Source: Dehalococcoidia bacterium UBA6808 (GTDB taxonomy: Bacteria; Chloroflexota; Dehalococcoidia; GIF9; UBA5629). From it: a DNA stretch of 53,052 nt. The notes below the pieces were generated by a model. That model searched no databases and was not told the origin of the DNA. It saw only the letters and a program-made list of their open reading frames with translations. The position numbers and the translations under genes were made by a program. Positions 44,579 through 53,052 of the stretch are shown here, in pieces; the stretch's first letter is position 1, and the number at the start of each line of letters is the position of its first letter. Location of the stretch: assembly GCA_002452695.1 (NCBI GenBank), contig DKFA01000049.1, forward strand, positions 1 through 53,052. The letters run 5' to 3'.

Positions 44579-45202
44579 TTATCCGGACTGCGATTTACTT
44601 CTTTTAGTCGAGGCTGTCAAAATACCGTCTATGAGACCGTATTCGACCGCCTGTTCGGCATTAAAATAAATATCCCTGTCAGTATCCTGTCGGACTTTCT
44701 CGTAGGGCTGGCCAGTATGCTTGGATAAAATTTTAGCCACCAGTTCATCAAGTCTCTCGAACTCCTTTGCAGCGATCTTGATATCAGTGATCTGACCCTG
44801 TGTACCGGCGCGGCCCTGGTGCATGTGAATAGTTGAGTTGGGCAGAGCAAATCTCTTGCCTTTAGCGCCTGTGCAAAGCAGCACTGTACCCATGCTGTAG
44901 GCGGAGCCTACGCAGATAGTGGAAACTTCCGGCTGGATCAATTGCATTGTATCATAGATGGCCAGACCCGCCGTTACAACACCGCCCGGGGAGTGGATGT
45001 AGATACTGATGTCCTTATCGGGGTCTTCCCTGGCAAGGTAAAGGAGCTGAGCTACTACAACATTAGCCACCTGGTCGTCGATCTGTGTTCCCAGGAAGAT
45101 GATTCTCTCTTTAAGCAGCAACGAGTAGATGTCCATAAACCTCTCGCCCCTGGCGCTGCTTTCTATGACAGTCGGAATTATGTCAAGCGGTGATCTTTCC
45201 AT
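44579..45202 (-). CDS. clpP: ATP-dependent Clp protease proteolytic subunit
   Basis: [15 protein letters not shown], Ser in GSAYSMG, His in IHMHQ and the Asp region DTDRD are present. Confidence 0.93.
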   Translation of the reverse strand: MERSPLDIIPTVIESSARGERFMDIYSLLLKERIIFLGTQIDDQVANVVVAQLLYLAREDPDKDISIYIHSPGGVVTAGLAIYDTMQLIQPEVSTICVGSAYSMGTVLLCTGAKGKRFALPNSTIHMHQGRAGTQGQITDIKIAAKEFERLDELVAKILSKHTGQPYEKVRQDTDRDIYFNAEQAVEYGLIDGILTASTKRSKSQSG

Positions 45203-45231
45203 TTACTAACCTCCAATATTTGTTTTATTGC

Positions 45232-46509
45232 TTACTGCTGACCGGTCACCATTTTGGTCAGCAAGTCCATTGTCTTGTTAATAACGATCATTTCACGCAG
45301 GGATTCCCTGGGCTGGGGCAGGCCGAAAAGCTGCCTGACCTTATCTGCGCGACTCTCGTCCGCTTTGATCATAGTCTCGATCTGCTCGTTGATCTGGTCA
45401 TCGGAGACGGTTATATTTTCCAGTTCGCCGATCTTGCTGGTTACCAGATAAGCTTTGACCCTGTCTGCAGCTGCAGGTTTGAGGTCTTCCCTGTGTTGCT
45501 CAAGTGTCTTCTTGGAAGCTGAAAGGTAATTTTCCAGGCCTTTCATACCTTCGGGGAAATTGCGGGCTTCCTCCTCAATGATATGCTCTACTTCCTTGTC
45601 CACCAGCACAGGTGGGAAAACGATCTGGCTGCCCTCGATAATGGCGCGGATAAGGTTGTTTTCAAACTCTTTTCGGGCAGCCTCATCGGCACGTGACTGC
45701 ATACTTTCCTTTATTTTGGCTTTGAGGTCAGCCACAGTCTCGGCGCCTGAATTTTTGGCGAACTCGTCATTGACTTCGGGCAGGCTCACTTCCTTAACAT
45801 CTTTGACCGTGACAGAGAATGACCAGTCCTTGCCCGCCAGGTCCTTGATTTCAAAATCGTCGTTGAAGCTGATGGTAAAAGCGGTATTATCGCCCTTCTT
45901 CAGCCCGACCATTTTTTCAGCAAAACCAGGAACGGGATACTTTGAGCCTTCCCTGACCTCGAAGCTGGCATCTTTTCTGTCCAGGACCTGCTCTTCATTG
46001 CATTTACCGGTTATATCAAGGGTTATGACATCATTGAACTTGATCTCCCTTTCCACAGGGACCAGGCTGCCGAACTGCATGCGCAATTGTTCGATGACCT
46101 GGTTGACCTCCTCGTCGGTGACTTCCTTTTTCTCCAGTTGCATTTTTATCTCGCGGTAATTGCCCGGGGTAACCTCCGGCTTGGTCGGCACAACCACCTT
46201 GAATTTAACCGGTTCAACTCCCAACAGCTCTATATGAGGTTCGGCAATGGCAGTGATCGATTCCAGCTTGAGCGCCTCCTGGTAGACCTCCGGTATCATG
46301 TGTTCGATGGCTTCCTGCAGGATAACATGTCGGCCCACCTGCTGTTCAACCAGCGTTTTGGGCGCCTTGCCTTTGCGGAAGCCTGGTAGAGTAACTTCCC
46401 TGGCCACGTGTTCCAGACCGAGCGCCATATACTTGTCGGTCTCGGGGCCTTCCATTTCTACCGTGAGAGCTACCTGGCAGTTGTCCATTTTTTCGGATGA
46501 AGTTTTCAT
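45232..46509 (-). CDS. tig: Trigger factor
   Basis: The ribosome-binding motif is GFRKGKAP, with a central PPIase-like domain. Length is 425 aa, and tig-clpP synteny is present. Confidence 0.92.
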   Translation of the reverse strand: MKTSSEKMDNCQVALTVEMEGPETDKYMALGLEHVAREVTLPGFRKGKAPKTLVEQQVGRHVILQEAIEHMIPEVYQEALKLESITAIAEPHIELLGVEPVKFKVVVPTKPEVTPGNYREIKMQLEKKEVTDEEVNQVIEQLRMQFGSLVPVEREIKFNDVITLDITGKCNEEQVLDRKDASFEVREGSKYPVPGFAEKMVGLKKGDNTAFTISFNDDFEIKDLAGKDWSFSVTVKDVKEVSLPEVNDEFAKNSGAETVADLKAKIKESMQSRADEAARKEFENNLIRAIIEGSQIVFPPVLVDKEVEHIIEEEARNFPEGMKGLENYLSASKKTLEQHREDLKPAAADRVKAYLVTSKIGELENITVSDDQINEQIETMIKADESRADKVRQLFGLPQPRESLREMIVINKTMDLLTKMVTGQQ

Positions 46510-46564
46510 ATTCTGCGTATCACCTTGAATTATTATAACATTGACTATTTCGACTTCAAAAAGG

Positions 46565-48376
46565 CTATGTCGGTTGCTCCATATCGATCAGGGCCAGATG
46601 CAAATCCTTCAACTGCTGGCTGGAAATCGATGATGGAGCGTCCTGCATGAGGTCAACGGCAGCCTGATTCTTAGGGAAAGCCATCACATCCCTGATAGTC
46701 CTGCTATTGGTCAAAAGCATAAGAAAGCGGTCGATGCCCGGCGCAATCCCGCCGTGGGGTGGGGCACCATACTCGAAGGCCTCGATGAAATTGCCGAACT
46801 TGTTGAGTATCTCTTCGCTGGAATATCCAAGTATGTCAAATATCTTCTGTTGCATTTCCCTGGTATGTATCCTGATGCTGCCGCTGGAAAGCTCGAAGCC
46901 GTTGCAGATAATATCATAGTGGCGGGCGCGGACTTTACCCGGGTCTGATGACAGCAGCGGGATATCATCCTCCATGGGGGCTGTAAAGGGATGGTGCATG
47001 GAGTCCCAACCCTTGCGGTCTTCGTTCCATTCAAACAACGGAAAATCAAGGATGAAGGCAAAGGCCATCGTGGCGGGATCACATAGATTCAGCCGCCTGC
47101 CCATCTCCCTGCGAATCTCATCAAGCACCCTGTTGCACATGTCCTTTTTGCCGGCAGCCAGCAGAATGAGATCGCCCGGTTTGGCGTCAAACATACGCAC
47201 AACATCCCTCAGTTGTTCCAGACTGAGGTACCTGGCAGCAACAGACCTGACCTGTTCCAGGGACAGGTGTTCGATATTGCCGTCGCCTGTTTCAGCGTGC
47301 CAGGCCAGTGAGACAAGACCTCCGGCGCCCGACAATTTGGCCATCTCGGTCAATTCCTCCAACTGCTTCTTTGAATATCCTGCACAGCCGGGCACACAGA
47401 TGCCCTTGACCACACCTTTGTTCTGGATGGCCGATTTGAAGATGGCGAACTCGCTGTTGCCGGCTATGAAGGAGATATCTTTTAGCTCCATGCCAAAGCG
47501 GATATCGGGCTTATCAGAGCCGAACCTCTCCATGGCATCGGCGTAAGTCAAGCGGGGGAAGGGTTTGAGCAACTTGATGTGAGGAGTGAGGGTTTCGATA
47601 AGTGAGGTAAACATATCTTCACACAAGCTCAGTATATCCTCCTCGGAAATGAAGCTCATCTCGATATCAAGTTGAGTGAACTCAGGCTGGCGGTCGGAGC
47701 GCTGGTCTTCGTCACGGAAACAGCGGGCAACCTGATAATATTTTTCAATGCCTGCCACCATCAGGAGCTGCTTGAGCTGTTGAGGCGACTGGGGCAGAGC
47801 ATAAAACTGGCCGGGATGAACCCGGCTGGGCACCACATAATCACGAGCGCCTTCCGGGGTGCTTTTGACCAGGATGGGAGTTTCAACCTCGATAAACCCG
47901 CGGGCATCGAGAAAATCACGCATAAACTTGATCACGCGGTGCCGCAGTATCAAATTATCCCGCATAGTAGCCCGGCGAAGATGCAAATAACGGTATCTGA
48001 GCAAGATGGACTCATCGACATCGACTTCTTCATTGATATAAAAAGGCGGCGTCTTTGAGGTATTCATGATATTGATATTCGTGGCGAAGACTTCGATCTC
48101 GCCTGTGGGCAACCTGGGATTTTCCGTACCCACCGGCCTTTTCTCAACCCTGCCCATAACCTGAATAACATATTCGTTGCGCAGAACAGTGGCCTTTTCG
48201 TGGGTATCCGCTGATATTTCAGGATTGAAGACAACCTGGACCAGGCCTTCCCTGTCCCGAAGGTCGATAAAAATGAGTCCGCCGAGATCACGGCGGCGAT
48301 GCACCCAACCGGCCAGTGTCACAAACTCACCGATATTGCGGGTGCGCAACTCTCCACAGTTATGCGTCTTTAACAA
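46565..48376 (-). CDS. aspS: Aspartate--tRNA ligase (bacterial type)
   Basis: It has a TTG start after GGAGGG. The OB-fold N-terminus is followed by class II motifs ([27 protein letters not shown]). Length is 603 aa, with the bacterial insertion domain. Confidence 0.95.
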   Translation of the reverse strand: MLKTHNCGELRTRNIGEFVTLAGWVHRRRDLGGLIFIDLRDREGLVQVVFNPEISADTHEKATVLRNEYVIQVMGRVEKRPVGTENPRLPTGEIEVFATNINIMNTSKTPPFYINEEVDVDESILLRYRYLHLRRATMRDNLILRHRVIKFMRDFLDARGFIEVETPILVKSTPEGARDYVVPSRVHPGQFYALPQSPQQLKQLLMVAGIEKYYQVARCFRDEDQRSDRQPEFTQLDIEMSFISEEDILSLCEDMFTSLIETLTPHIKLLKPFPRLTYADAMERFGSDKPDIRFGMELKDISFIAGNSEFAIFKSAIQNKGVVKGICVPGCAGYSKKQLEELTEMAKLSGAGGLVSLAWHAETGDGNIEHLSLEQVRSVAARYLSLEQLRDVVRMFDAKPGDLILLAAGKKDMCNRVLDEIRREMGRRLNLCDPATMAFAFILDFPLFEWNEDRKGWDSMHHPFTAPMEDDIPLLSSDPGKVRARHYDIICNGFELSSGSIRIHTREMQQKIFDILGYSSEEILNKFGNFIEAFEYGAPPHGGIAPGIDRFLMLLTNSRTIRDVMAFPKNQAAVDLMQDAPSSISSQQLKDLHLALIDMEQPT

Positions 48377-48396
48377 GGAACCCTCCTAAAGAGGAA

Positions 48397-48426
48397 ATTA
48401 TAGCTTAATACGTTTGCGCTACACAA
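48397..48426 (-). promoter_or_regulatory. Candidate aspS promoter
   Basis: On the minus strand: TTGTGT, 18 nt spacer, TATAAT. It lies about 20 nt upstream of the TTG start. Confidence 0.35.
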
Positions 48427-48504
48427 AGTTTCAGGCATTTTGAGCGTAAGCCGCAGAAAAAAACAGTAGAAAAAAACAACTGACAATATAGGAACAGAAG
48501 CCGT

Positions 48505-50058
48505 CTATCTACACGAGTACTTTGCCCGCAGTTTGGGTTTTTCGATCTTGCCGGTAGGATTGCGAGGCACCTTGTCAAAAATAACTTTGCGTGGCACTTT
48601 ATGTCGGGCAAGATGTGTCTTGCAGAACTCGATAGCCTCTTCTTCGGTTAAATGGTCGCCGGGCTTAATATCTATAATCGCAACGGCTATCTCCCCCAGA
48701 CGTTCATCAGGGATCCCAATGACAGCCACATCGTTAACGCATTTATGATTATGTAAACAATCTTCCACTTCAACAGGGAAAATGTTCTCACCGCCTGTAA
48801 TAATGAGGTCTTTCTTACGGTCCACCAGAAAGATAAAACCGTCATCGTCCATGGTGGCCATGTCACCCGTTAACAGCCAGCCGTCCTTGAGGCATTCAGC
48901 GGTTTTCTCCGGGTTTTTATAATACTCCTTCATAACCCCGTCGCCACGCACAGCCAGTTCGCCGACCTGATTTTTACCCAGGGTATGGCCTTTGTCATCG
49001 ATGATCTTAGTTTCCCAGTTGAACCCTGCTTTGCCGATGGCGCCGGCCTTGTGCAGGTTCTCAATGCCGAGATGAACACAACCCGGACCGGTCGATTCGG
49101 TCAATCCGTAATTAGTATCATATTGCATATTGGGGAAAACCTGTTTCCACTGCCGTATCAATGAAGGCGGCACAGGTTGCGCGCCGATATGCATCAGCCG
49201 CCATGAATCAAGATTGTAGTCCTTTCTGTTTAGCTCTCCTTTCTCCAGCGCTACGAGTATATCGTGCGCCCAGGGCACAAGTAACCAGACGATCGTGCCT
49301 TTCTCCCTGTCCACCGTTTCCAAAATGTTGCGAGGTCCGACCTCGTTGAGCAGAGTGGCCTTCCCGCCGACGATCAGGCTGCCGAACCAGTGCATCTTGG
49401 AACCGGTGTGGTAGAGGGGAGGAATGAGAATGAAATTATCATCGCGGGTCTGGCGGTGGTGCGCCCACTCAGTAATAGCTGCGCTTTTAATATTGCTATG
49501 CGTTAATAAGATCGGCTTGGGTTTCCCCGTGGTACCGGAAGTGAAATAAAGACTGCAACCCTCGTCATCGCGCAGCTCGATCTTTGGCGCCTGGTCGCCC
49601 ATTCCGGCAATAAAATCCCGGTAGTTATCCATGTATCCAGGAGCATTATCCGGGACGGCAATGAACTTCTTAATTTTTTTCAGATGAGGGCGCGCTTCAT
49701 TGATCCGTTCGAAGAACTCCTCTCCAACGATGGCTGTCCTGGCCTCAGAAATGTCTGCACAATAAATAAGATCGCTGCTGTTAAAGCGGAAATTGAGGGG
49801 CACTACCCAGGCGCCGGTACGCAGTATGCCGAAATAGGCGATCAGCCAATCGATGGAATTCATCATCCAGTGAATGACCCTGTCGCCCTTTTTCACGCCG
49901 CAACTCAACAGCGAATTGGCGACGCGGTTGGCTTCACTATCGAATTCTTTCCATGTGATCTCACGGCGAAATTTTTTCGATGGTTTCAGCTCGACCAGCG
50001 CGCAATCATCTGCGTAGAGCCTGGCATTTCTGGCCAACATTTCCGGGATGGTAATCAT
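48505..50058 (-). CDS. AMP-forming acyl-CoA synthetase (ANL superfamily)
   Basis: The AMP-binding motif is YFTSGTTGKPKPILLTH, with TGD and the C-terminal GKIEK lysine motif. Length is 517 aa. Confidence 0.88.
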   Translation of the reverse strand: MITIPEMLARNARLYADDCALVELKPSKKFRREITWKEFDSEANRVANSLLSCGVKKGDRVIHWMMNSIDWLIAYFGILRTGAWVVPLNFRFNSSDLIYCADISEARTAIVGEEFFERINEARPHLKKIKKFIAVPDNAPGYMDNYRDFIAGMGDQAPKIELRDDEGCSLYFTSGTTGKPKPILLTHSNIKSAAITEWAHHRQTRDDNFILIPPLYHTGSKMHWFGSLIVGGKATLLNEVGPRNILETVDREKGTIVWLLVPWAHDILVALEKGELNRKDYNLDSWRLMHIGAQPVPPSLIRQWKQVFPNMQYDTNYGLTESTGPGCVHLGIENLHKAGAIGKAGFNWETKIIDDKGHTLGKNQVGELAVRGDGVMKEYYKNPEKTAECLKDGWLLTGDMATMDDDGFIFLVDRKKDLIITGGENIFPVEVEDCLHNHKCVNDVAVIGIPDERLGEIAVAIIDIKPGDHLTEEEAIEFCKTHLARHKVPRKVIFDKVPRNPTGKIEKPKLRAKYSCR

Positions 50059-50088
50059 ACTGTTTAATCTCCTGCGGAGGTTTGATAA

Positions 50089-51393
50089 TCAGTAGCGCGT
50101 CATGCTGGGCAGGAAGGTAGCGATCTGCGGGAAAGCCAGCAATATGGCGGCAGCTATGACAAGGGCAATAAGGAAAGGAAAGATGCCCTTAAAAATCGTT
50201 TCCAGCGGCACTCCCCCGGCCGCGCCATGAATTACATATACGTTCAGACCGACCGGCGGAGTGATGACGCCCATCTCGGTTACCAATACGATGACGACTC
50301 CGAACCAGATCGGATCAAGCCCCAGCGCCAGGACGACCGGGAAGAAGACGGGGATGGTGAGGGTTATCAGCGCAAGTGAGTCCATGAAGCACCCACCGAT
50401 GAGGTAAATGACGATAACCACCGCCATAATTGCCATTGGTGGAAGCGGCAGCGCCCCAACCCAGTCTGTCAGCATCATGGGTATTTTGGTTACAGCGATG
50501 AAATGCCCGAAGACTGTAGCTCCTGCCACAATAACCATGACCATAGCCGTAACCCGTACGGCATCTTTAAGCGCATTGACAAACCCTGGCCAGGTAAGTG
50601 TCCGTGTGACAAGTCCAATCAGGATAGCACCGCCCACACCTGCACCGCCTGCCTGCGTTGGGCTGAACCAGCCAAAGAAAAGTCCCAGGATCACGAAACA
50701 GAATAAAATCAGCATCTCGGTGACGCCGGCCAGCGCTTCGACTTTTTCCTTAAAGGTGGAGCCGACTGCGGCAGGCGCCAGTTCAGGCTTGCGCCAGACC
50801 ATGATGACTATGGCAGCCATAAGCAGCACGGCGATAAGCAGACCGGGCAGGACTCCGGCTATAAAGAGCTTGCCGATAGATTGCTCCGTGAGAATTCCGT
50901 AAACAATAAAGATTGTGCTGGGAGGAATCATGATGCCCAGTGTACCAGCGGCAGCAACCACACCGGTAGCCAGCGAATCGTCATATTTATAGCGTTTCAT
51001 CTCCGGTATGCAGACCTTGCCCATAGCTGCCGCGGTGGCGCTGGTGGAGCCGTTGATGGCAGCAAAACCTGCGCAGCCAAGAATGGTGGCCAGGGCCAGC
51101 CCGCCGCGGAACCGGCTGAAGAGAACATACCCGGCATCGTAGAGTCGCAGGCTCATACCGGATTCTGAAGCAATACAACCCATCAGGGTAAACATGGGGA
51201 TCACTGTCAGTGAATAAGATGAAAAGATATCAAAGAAGTCTCTTGCCAGTATGTTCATACCGGCATCCAGCGTAACGAACATGCTGAATCCAACCACTCC
51301 GACCAGGGCCATGGTAAAGCCGACGGGCATGCGGAGCAGGAAGATCACTATCAGGAGTATGATGCTTACGATGCCGATTACTACGGGGTCCAT
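50089..51393 (-). CDS. dctM: TRAP transporter large permease subunit
   Basis: The 434-aa polytopic membrane protein has a DctM-like organisation. It lies next to the small permease and the solute-binding subunit. Confidence 0.88.
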   Translation of the reverse strand: MDPVVIGIVSIILLIVIFLLRMPVGFTMALVGVVGFSMFVTLDAGMNILARDFFDIFSSYSLTVIPMFTLMGCIASESGMSLRLYDAGYVLFSRFRGGLALATILGCAGFAAINGSTSATAAAMGKVCIPEMKRYKYDDSLATGVVAAAGTLGIMIPPSTIFIVYGILTEQSIGKLFIAGVLPGLLIAVLLMAAIVIMVWRKPELAPAAVGSTFKEKVEALAGVTEMLILFCFVILGLFFGWFSPTQAGGAGVGGAILIGLVTRTLTWPGFVNALKDAVRVTAMVMVIVAGATVFGHFIAVTKIPMMLTDWVGALPLPPMAIMAVVIVIYLIGGCFMDSLALITLTIPVFFPVVLALGLDPIWFGVVIVLVTEMGVITPPVGLNVYVIHGAAGGVPLETIFKGIFPFLIALVIAAAILLAFPQIATFLPSMTRY

Positions 51394-51397
51394 AGCA

Positions 51398-51889
51398 TTA
51401 GCTCTCCCTCAACACCTTTAAAAGCTGCATTATCAAAGCCAGGATAACAACGATACAGCTAAACCCCATGGCCCAGACAAAAGGATAATAAGGCAGAGCC
51501 ATGGTCATAGAGACTTCGCCGCTGGCCTGGAGAGCAGTTCCATATTTAAAACTGCGTATAGACAGGATGATAAAAAGAACAATGGAAAGCAGATAGACAA
51601 AGGTGGCGATGATTTTCTGGGCTGTTTTGGGCAACCTTGTGACCAACATTTCGACTTCGATATGCCCGTGCGCGAGTTGTGTTTCGGCAATGGCGAATGA
51701 GACAGCTATCACGCTAAAATAGCTGACGAGCTCAATGCCGCCGGGTACAGGTGTCTTGAACAATTTATTGCCTATGATATCGGCCACTACAATAACAACC
51801 ATAACAGCCAGCGCCAGACAGGCAACATAATTGGCCCATTTGGAACACGCTGTCACAAATTTTTCAAAATTGCTGAATAATAATCTCAA
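51398..51889 (-). CDS. dctQ: TRAP transporter small permease subunit
   Basis: The 163-aa protein has four hydrophobic helices and sits between the DctP-like and DctM-like genes. Confidence 0.8.
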   Translation of the reverse strand: MRLLFSNFEKFVTACSKWANYVACLALAVMVVIVVADIIGNKLFKTPVPGGIELVSYFSVIAVSFAIAETQLAHGHIEVEMLVTRLPKTAQKIIATFVYLLSIVLFIILSIRSFKYGTALQASGEVSMTMALPYYPFVWAMGFSCIVVILALIMQLLKVLRES

Positions 51890-51950
51890 GAATATTCACC
51901 CAGCGGCTGATTGCTATATTCTATTTACCTTTATTATCTATTTTTATTAT

Positions 51951-53051
51951 CTATTTTCCGAACTCTTTCTTATTGAACTCTATGATGGTTTCATCCGAAG
52001 GAGATTGAGGCGCATACTCCCTGGCCTTTTCAACAAGGAATTTTTCATATTCAGCAGATGGCAAACCCTTGCTGGAAAGATCTCGAATGAAATCAGCAGT
52101 CAAAGGCAAGGTGGCATCCACCCAGCGGGCTGATTCGGTAGCGGAGAGGTTAATCACCTCACGGCCTTCGAAAGTCTGGAAATAATTCATAGCGGAGACG
52201 TCATAATTGGTCCAGACCATGCCATGCTTATCGATCCATTCCCTGCTGACCTGGGTGAAAACATCCTGGATATCGGCCGGGAGGCTATTCCACTTATCCT
52301 TGTTCATTACGACAAACATATTGGCTGTGCTGCCGACGTCAGTGCACTGCGTGACGTATTTGACAATCTCGGCCTGCTTCCAGCCTTCCAACACCTCGCG
52401 GGGAGTGTAGCTGCCGTCGATGGTGTTCTTGGACATCAGGTCATATGCTTCGTTCTGGGCTGCTCCATAGCCTTTGCCACCCAACGCCCCGATGATGGCA
52501 GCACCAATGCCGGTTGACCTGATTACCAGACCCTTCATATCTTCCAACTGACGAACTGGTTTACTGACAGTCAGAAGCACGCTGGGACCATGCGCATGGA
52601 AATAGAGCACATGCACGTCATCGAGTTCCGCAGGCTTGAACTTGTTGTAGTAATCATTGGCTACACGTGTCGCAACCCAGCCGTTAAGGTAGCCATGGGG
52701 CAATTCGACAAGCTCCGATGCGGGGAAGCGGCCTTTGGTGTAGGAAACAACCGACATGCCCAGGTCGGAAAGGCCGTTGACCACGCCGTCATAGACCTTA
52801 TCGGCTTTGGTCAGGGTACCACCGGCAAAGACAGTGATTTTAACCCTTCCATTGGTTCTCTTGTCGATTTCGTCGCAGAACTTTTGGGCAAGAAGCGCGT
52901 TCTTGTGCACCGGCGGGAAAAAGACGCTGTAGCTGAATTCATAAACCTTATTGTCAGACGGATTGGCTGCTGTTGAACCGCTTGCTGGAGCAGCAGGCTT
53001 GTTTTCGGTTGCTGCCGGAGCTGGCGTGTTGCAGGCTGCCAAAATCGGCAA
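51951..53051 (-). CDS. dctP: TRAP transporter solute-binding subunit (DctP family), lipoprotein; 5' end runs off the window
   Basis: The frame stays open to the window edge, and a lipobox-like LAAC lies near the edge. The body is DctP-like (FPPVHKNALLAQKFCDEIDKRTNGRVKITVFAGGTL). Confidence 0.8.
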   Translation of the reverse strand: MPILAACNTPAPAATENKPAAPASGSTAANPSDNKVYEFSYSVFFPPVHKNALLAQKFCDEIDKRTNGRVKITVFAGGTLTKADKVYDGVVNGLSDLGMSVVSYTKGRFPASELVELPHGYLNGWVATRVANDYYNKFKPAELDDVHVLYFHAHGPSVLLTVSKPVRQLEDMKGLVIRSTGIGAAIIGALGGKGYGAAQNEAYDLMSKNTIDGSYTPREVLEGWKQAEIVKYVTQCTDVGSTANMFVVMNKDKWNSLPADIQDVFTQVSREWIDKHGMVWTNYDVSAMNYFQTFEGREVINLSATESARWVDATLPLTADFIRDLSSKGLPSAEYEKFLVEKAREYAPQSPSDETIIEFNKKEFGK

Positions 53052-53052
53052 A

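Noticed and set aside
48377-48504. Possible T-box or other leader upstream of aspS.
   Set aside because: The region between the candidate -10 and the TTG start is only about 20 nt. The conserved T-box sequence and a specifier/antiterminator architecture are absent. The T-rich runs further upstream lack a convincing hairpin.

Overview
This 53-kb chromosomal window is about 50% GC by eye and looks like an anaerobic bacterium. Markers are 2-oxoacid:ferredoxin oxidoreductase, 4-hydroxybutyryl-CoA dehydratase, a ferredoxin:thioredoxin-reductase-like protein and HydB/HydC-like flavoproteins. The gene order is reminiscent of Chloroflexota/Dehalococcoidia, but I cannot verify taxonomy without a database search. 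I support about 55 CDS, 7 tRNAs (5 with encoded CCA), one gene fragment and a few regulatory sites. Most of the content is housekeeping: pgk-tpiA-miaA-dapF-dapL-hflX, gmk, ybeY, miaB, lexA, dprA-topA-pepP-efp, clpP-tig, aspS, trxB and rlmB. I found no CRISPR array, transposase, prophage or recognisable defence system. The best candidate for something under-described is a tightly packed six-gene operon (27270-33297, minus strand). It joins a complete 2-oxoacid:ferredoxin oxidoreductase to a NuoE/NuoF/NuoG-N-terminal-like (HydC/HydB/HydA-N-like) NAD(H)-flavin/Fe-S module that has no hydrogenase or formate-dehydrogenase catalytic domain. Other points worth a second look:
- A glutaryl-CoA-dehydrogenase-family gene has Gln at the catalytic-base Glu position and sits next to abfD.
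- A glutaredoxin-like gene is coupled to an FTR-rubredoxin fusion.
- EF-P has Arg instead of Lys at the modified loop tip.
- An AT-rich nuclease-like ORF is translationally coupled to hflX.
- A truncated solute-binding-protein gene borders a low-GC accessory stretch that encodes a lipoprotein with an internally duplicated deacetylase-like domain.
- A 27-bp palindrome lies in front of lexA.

All functional calls come from motif recognition by eye, with no searches run.
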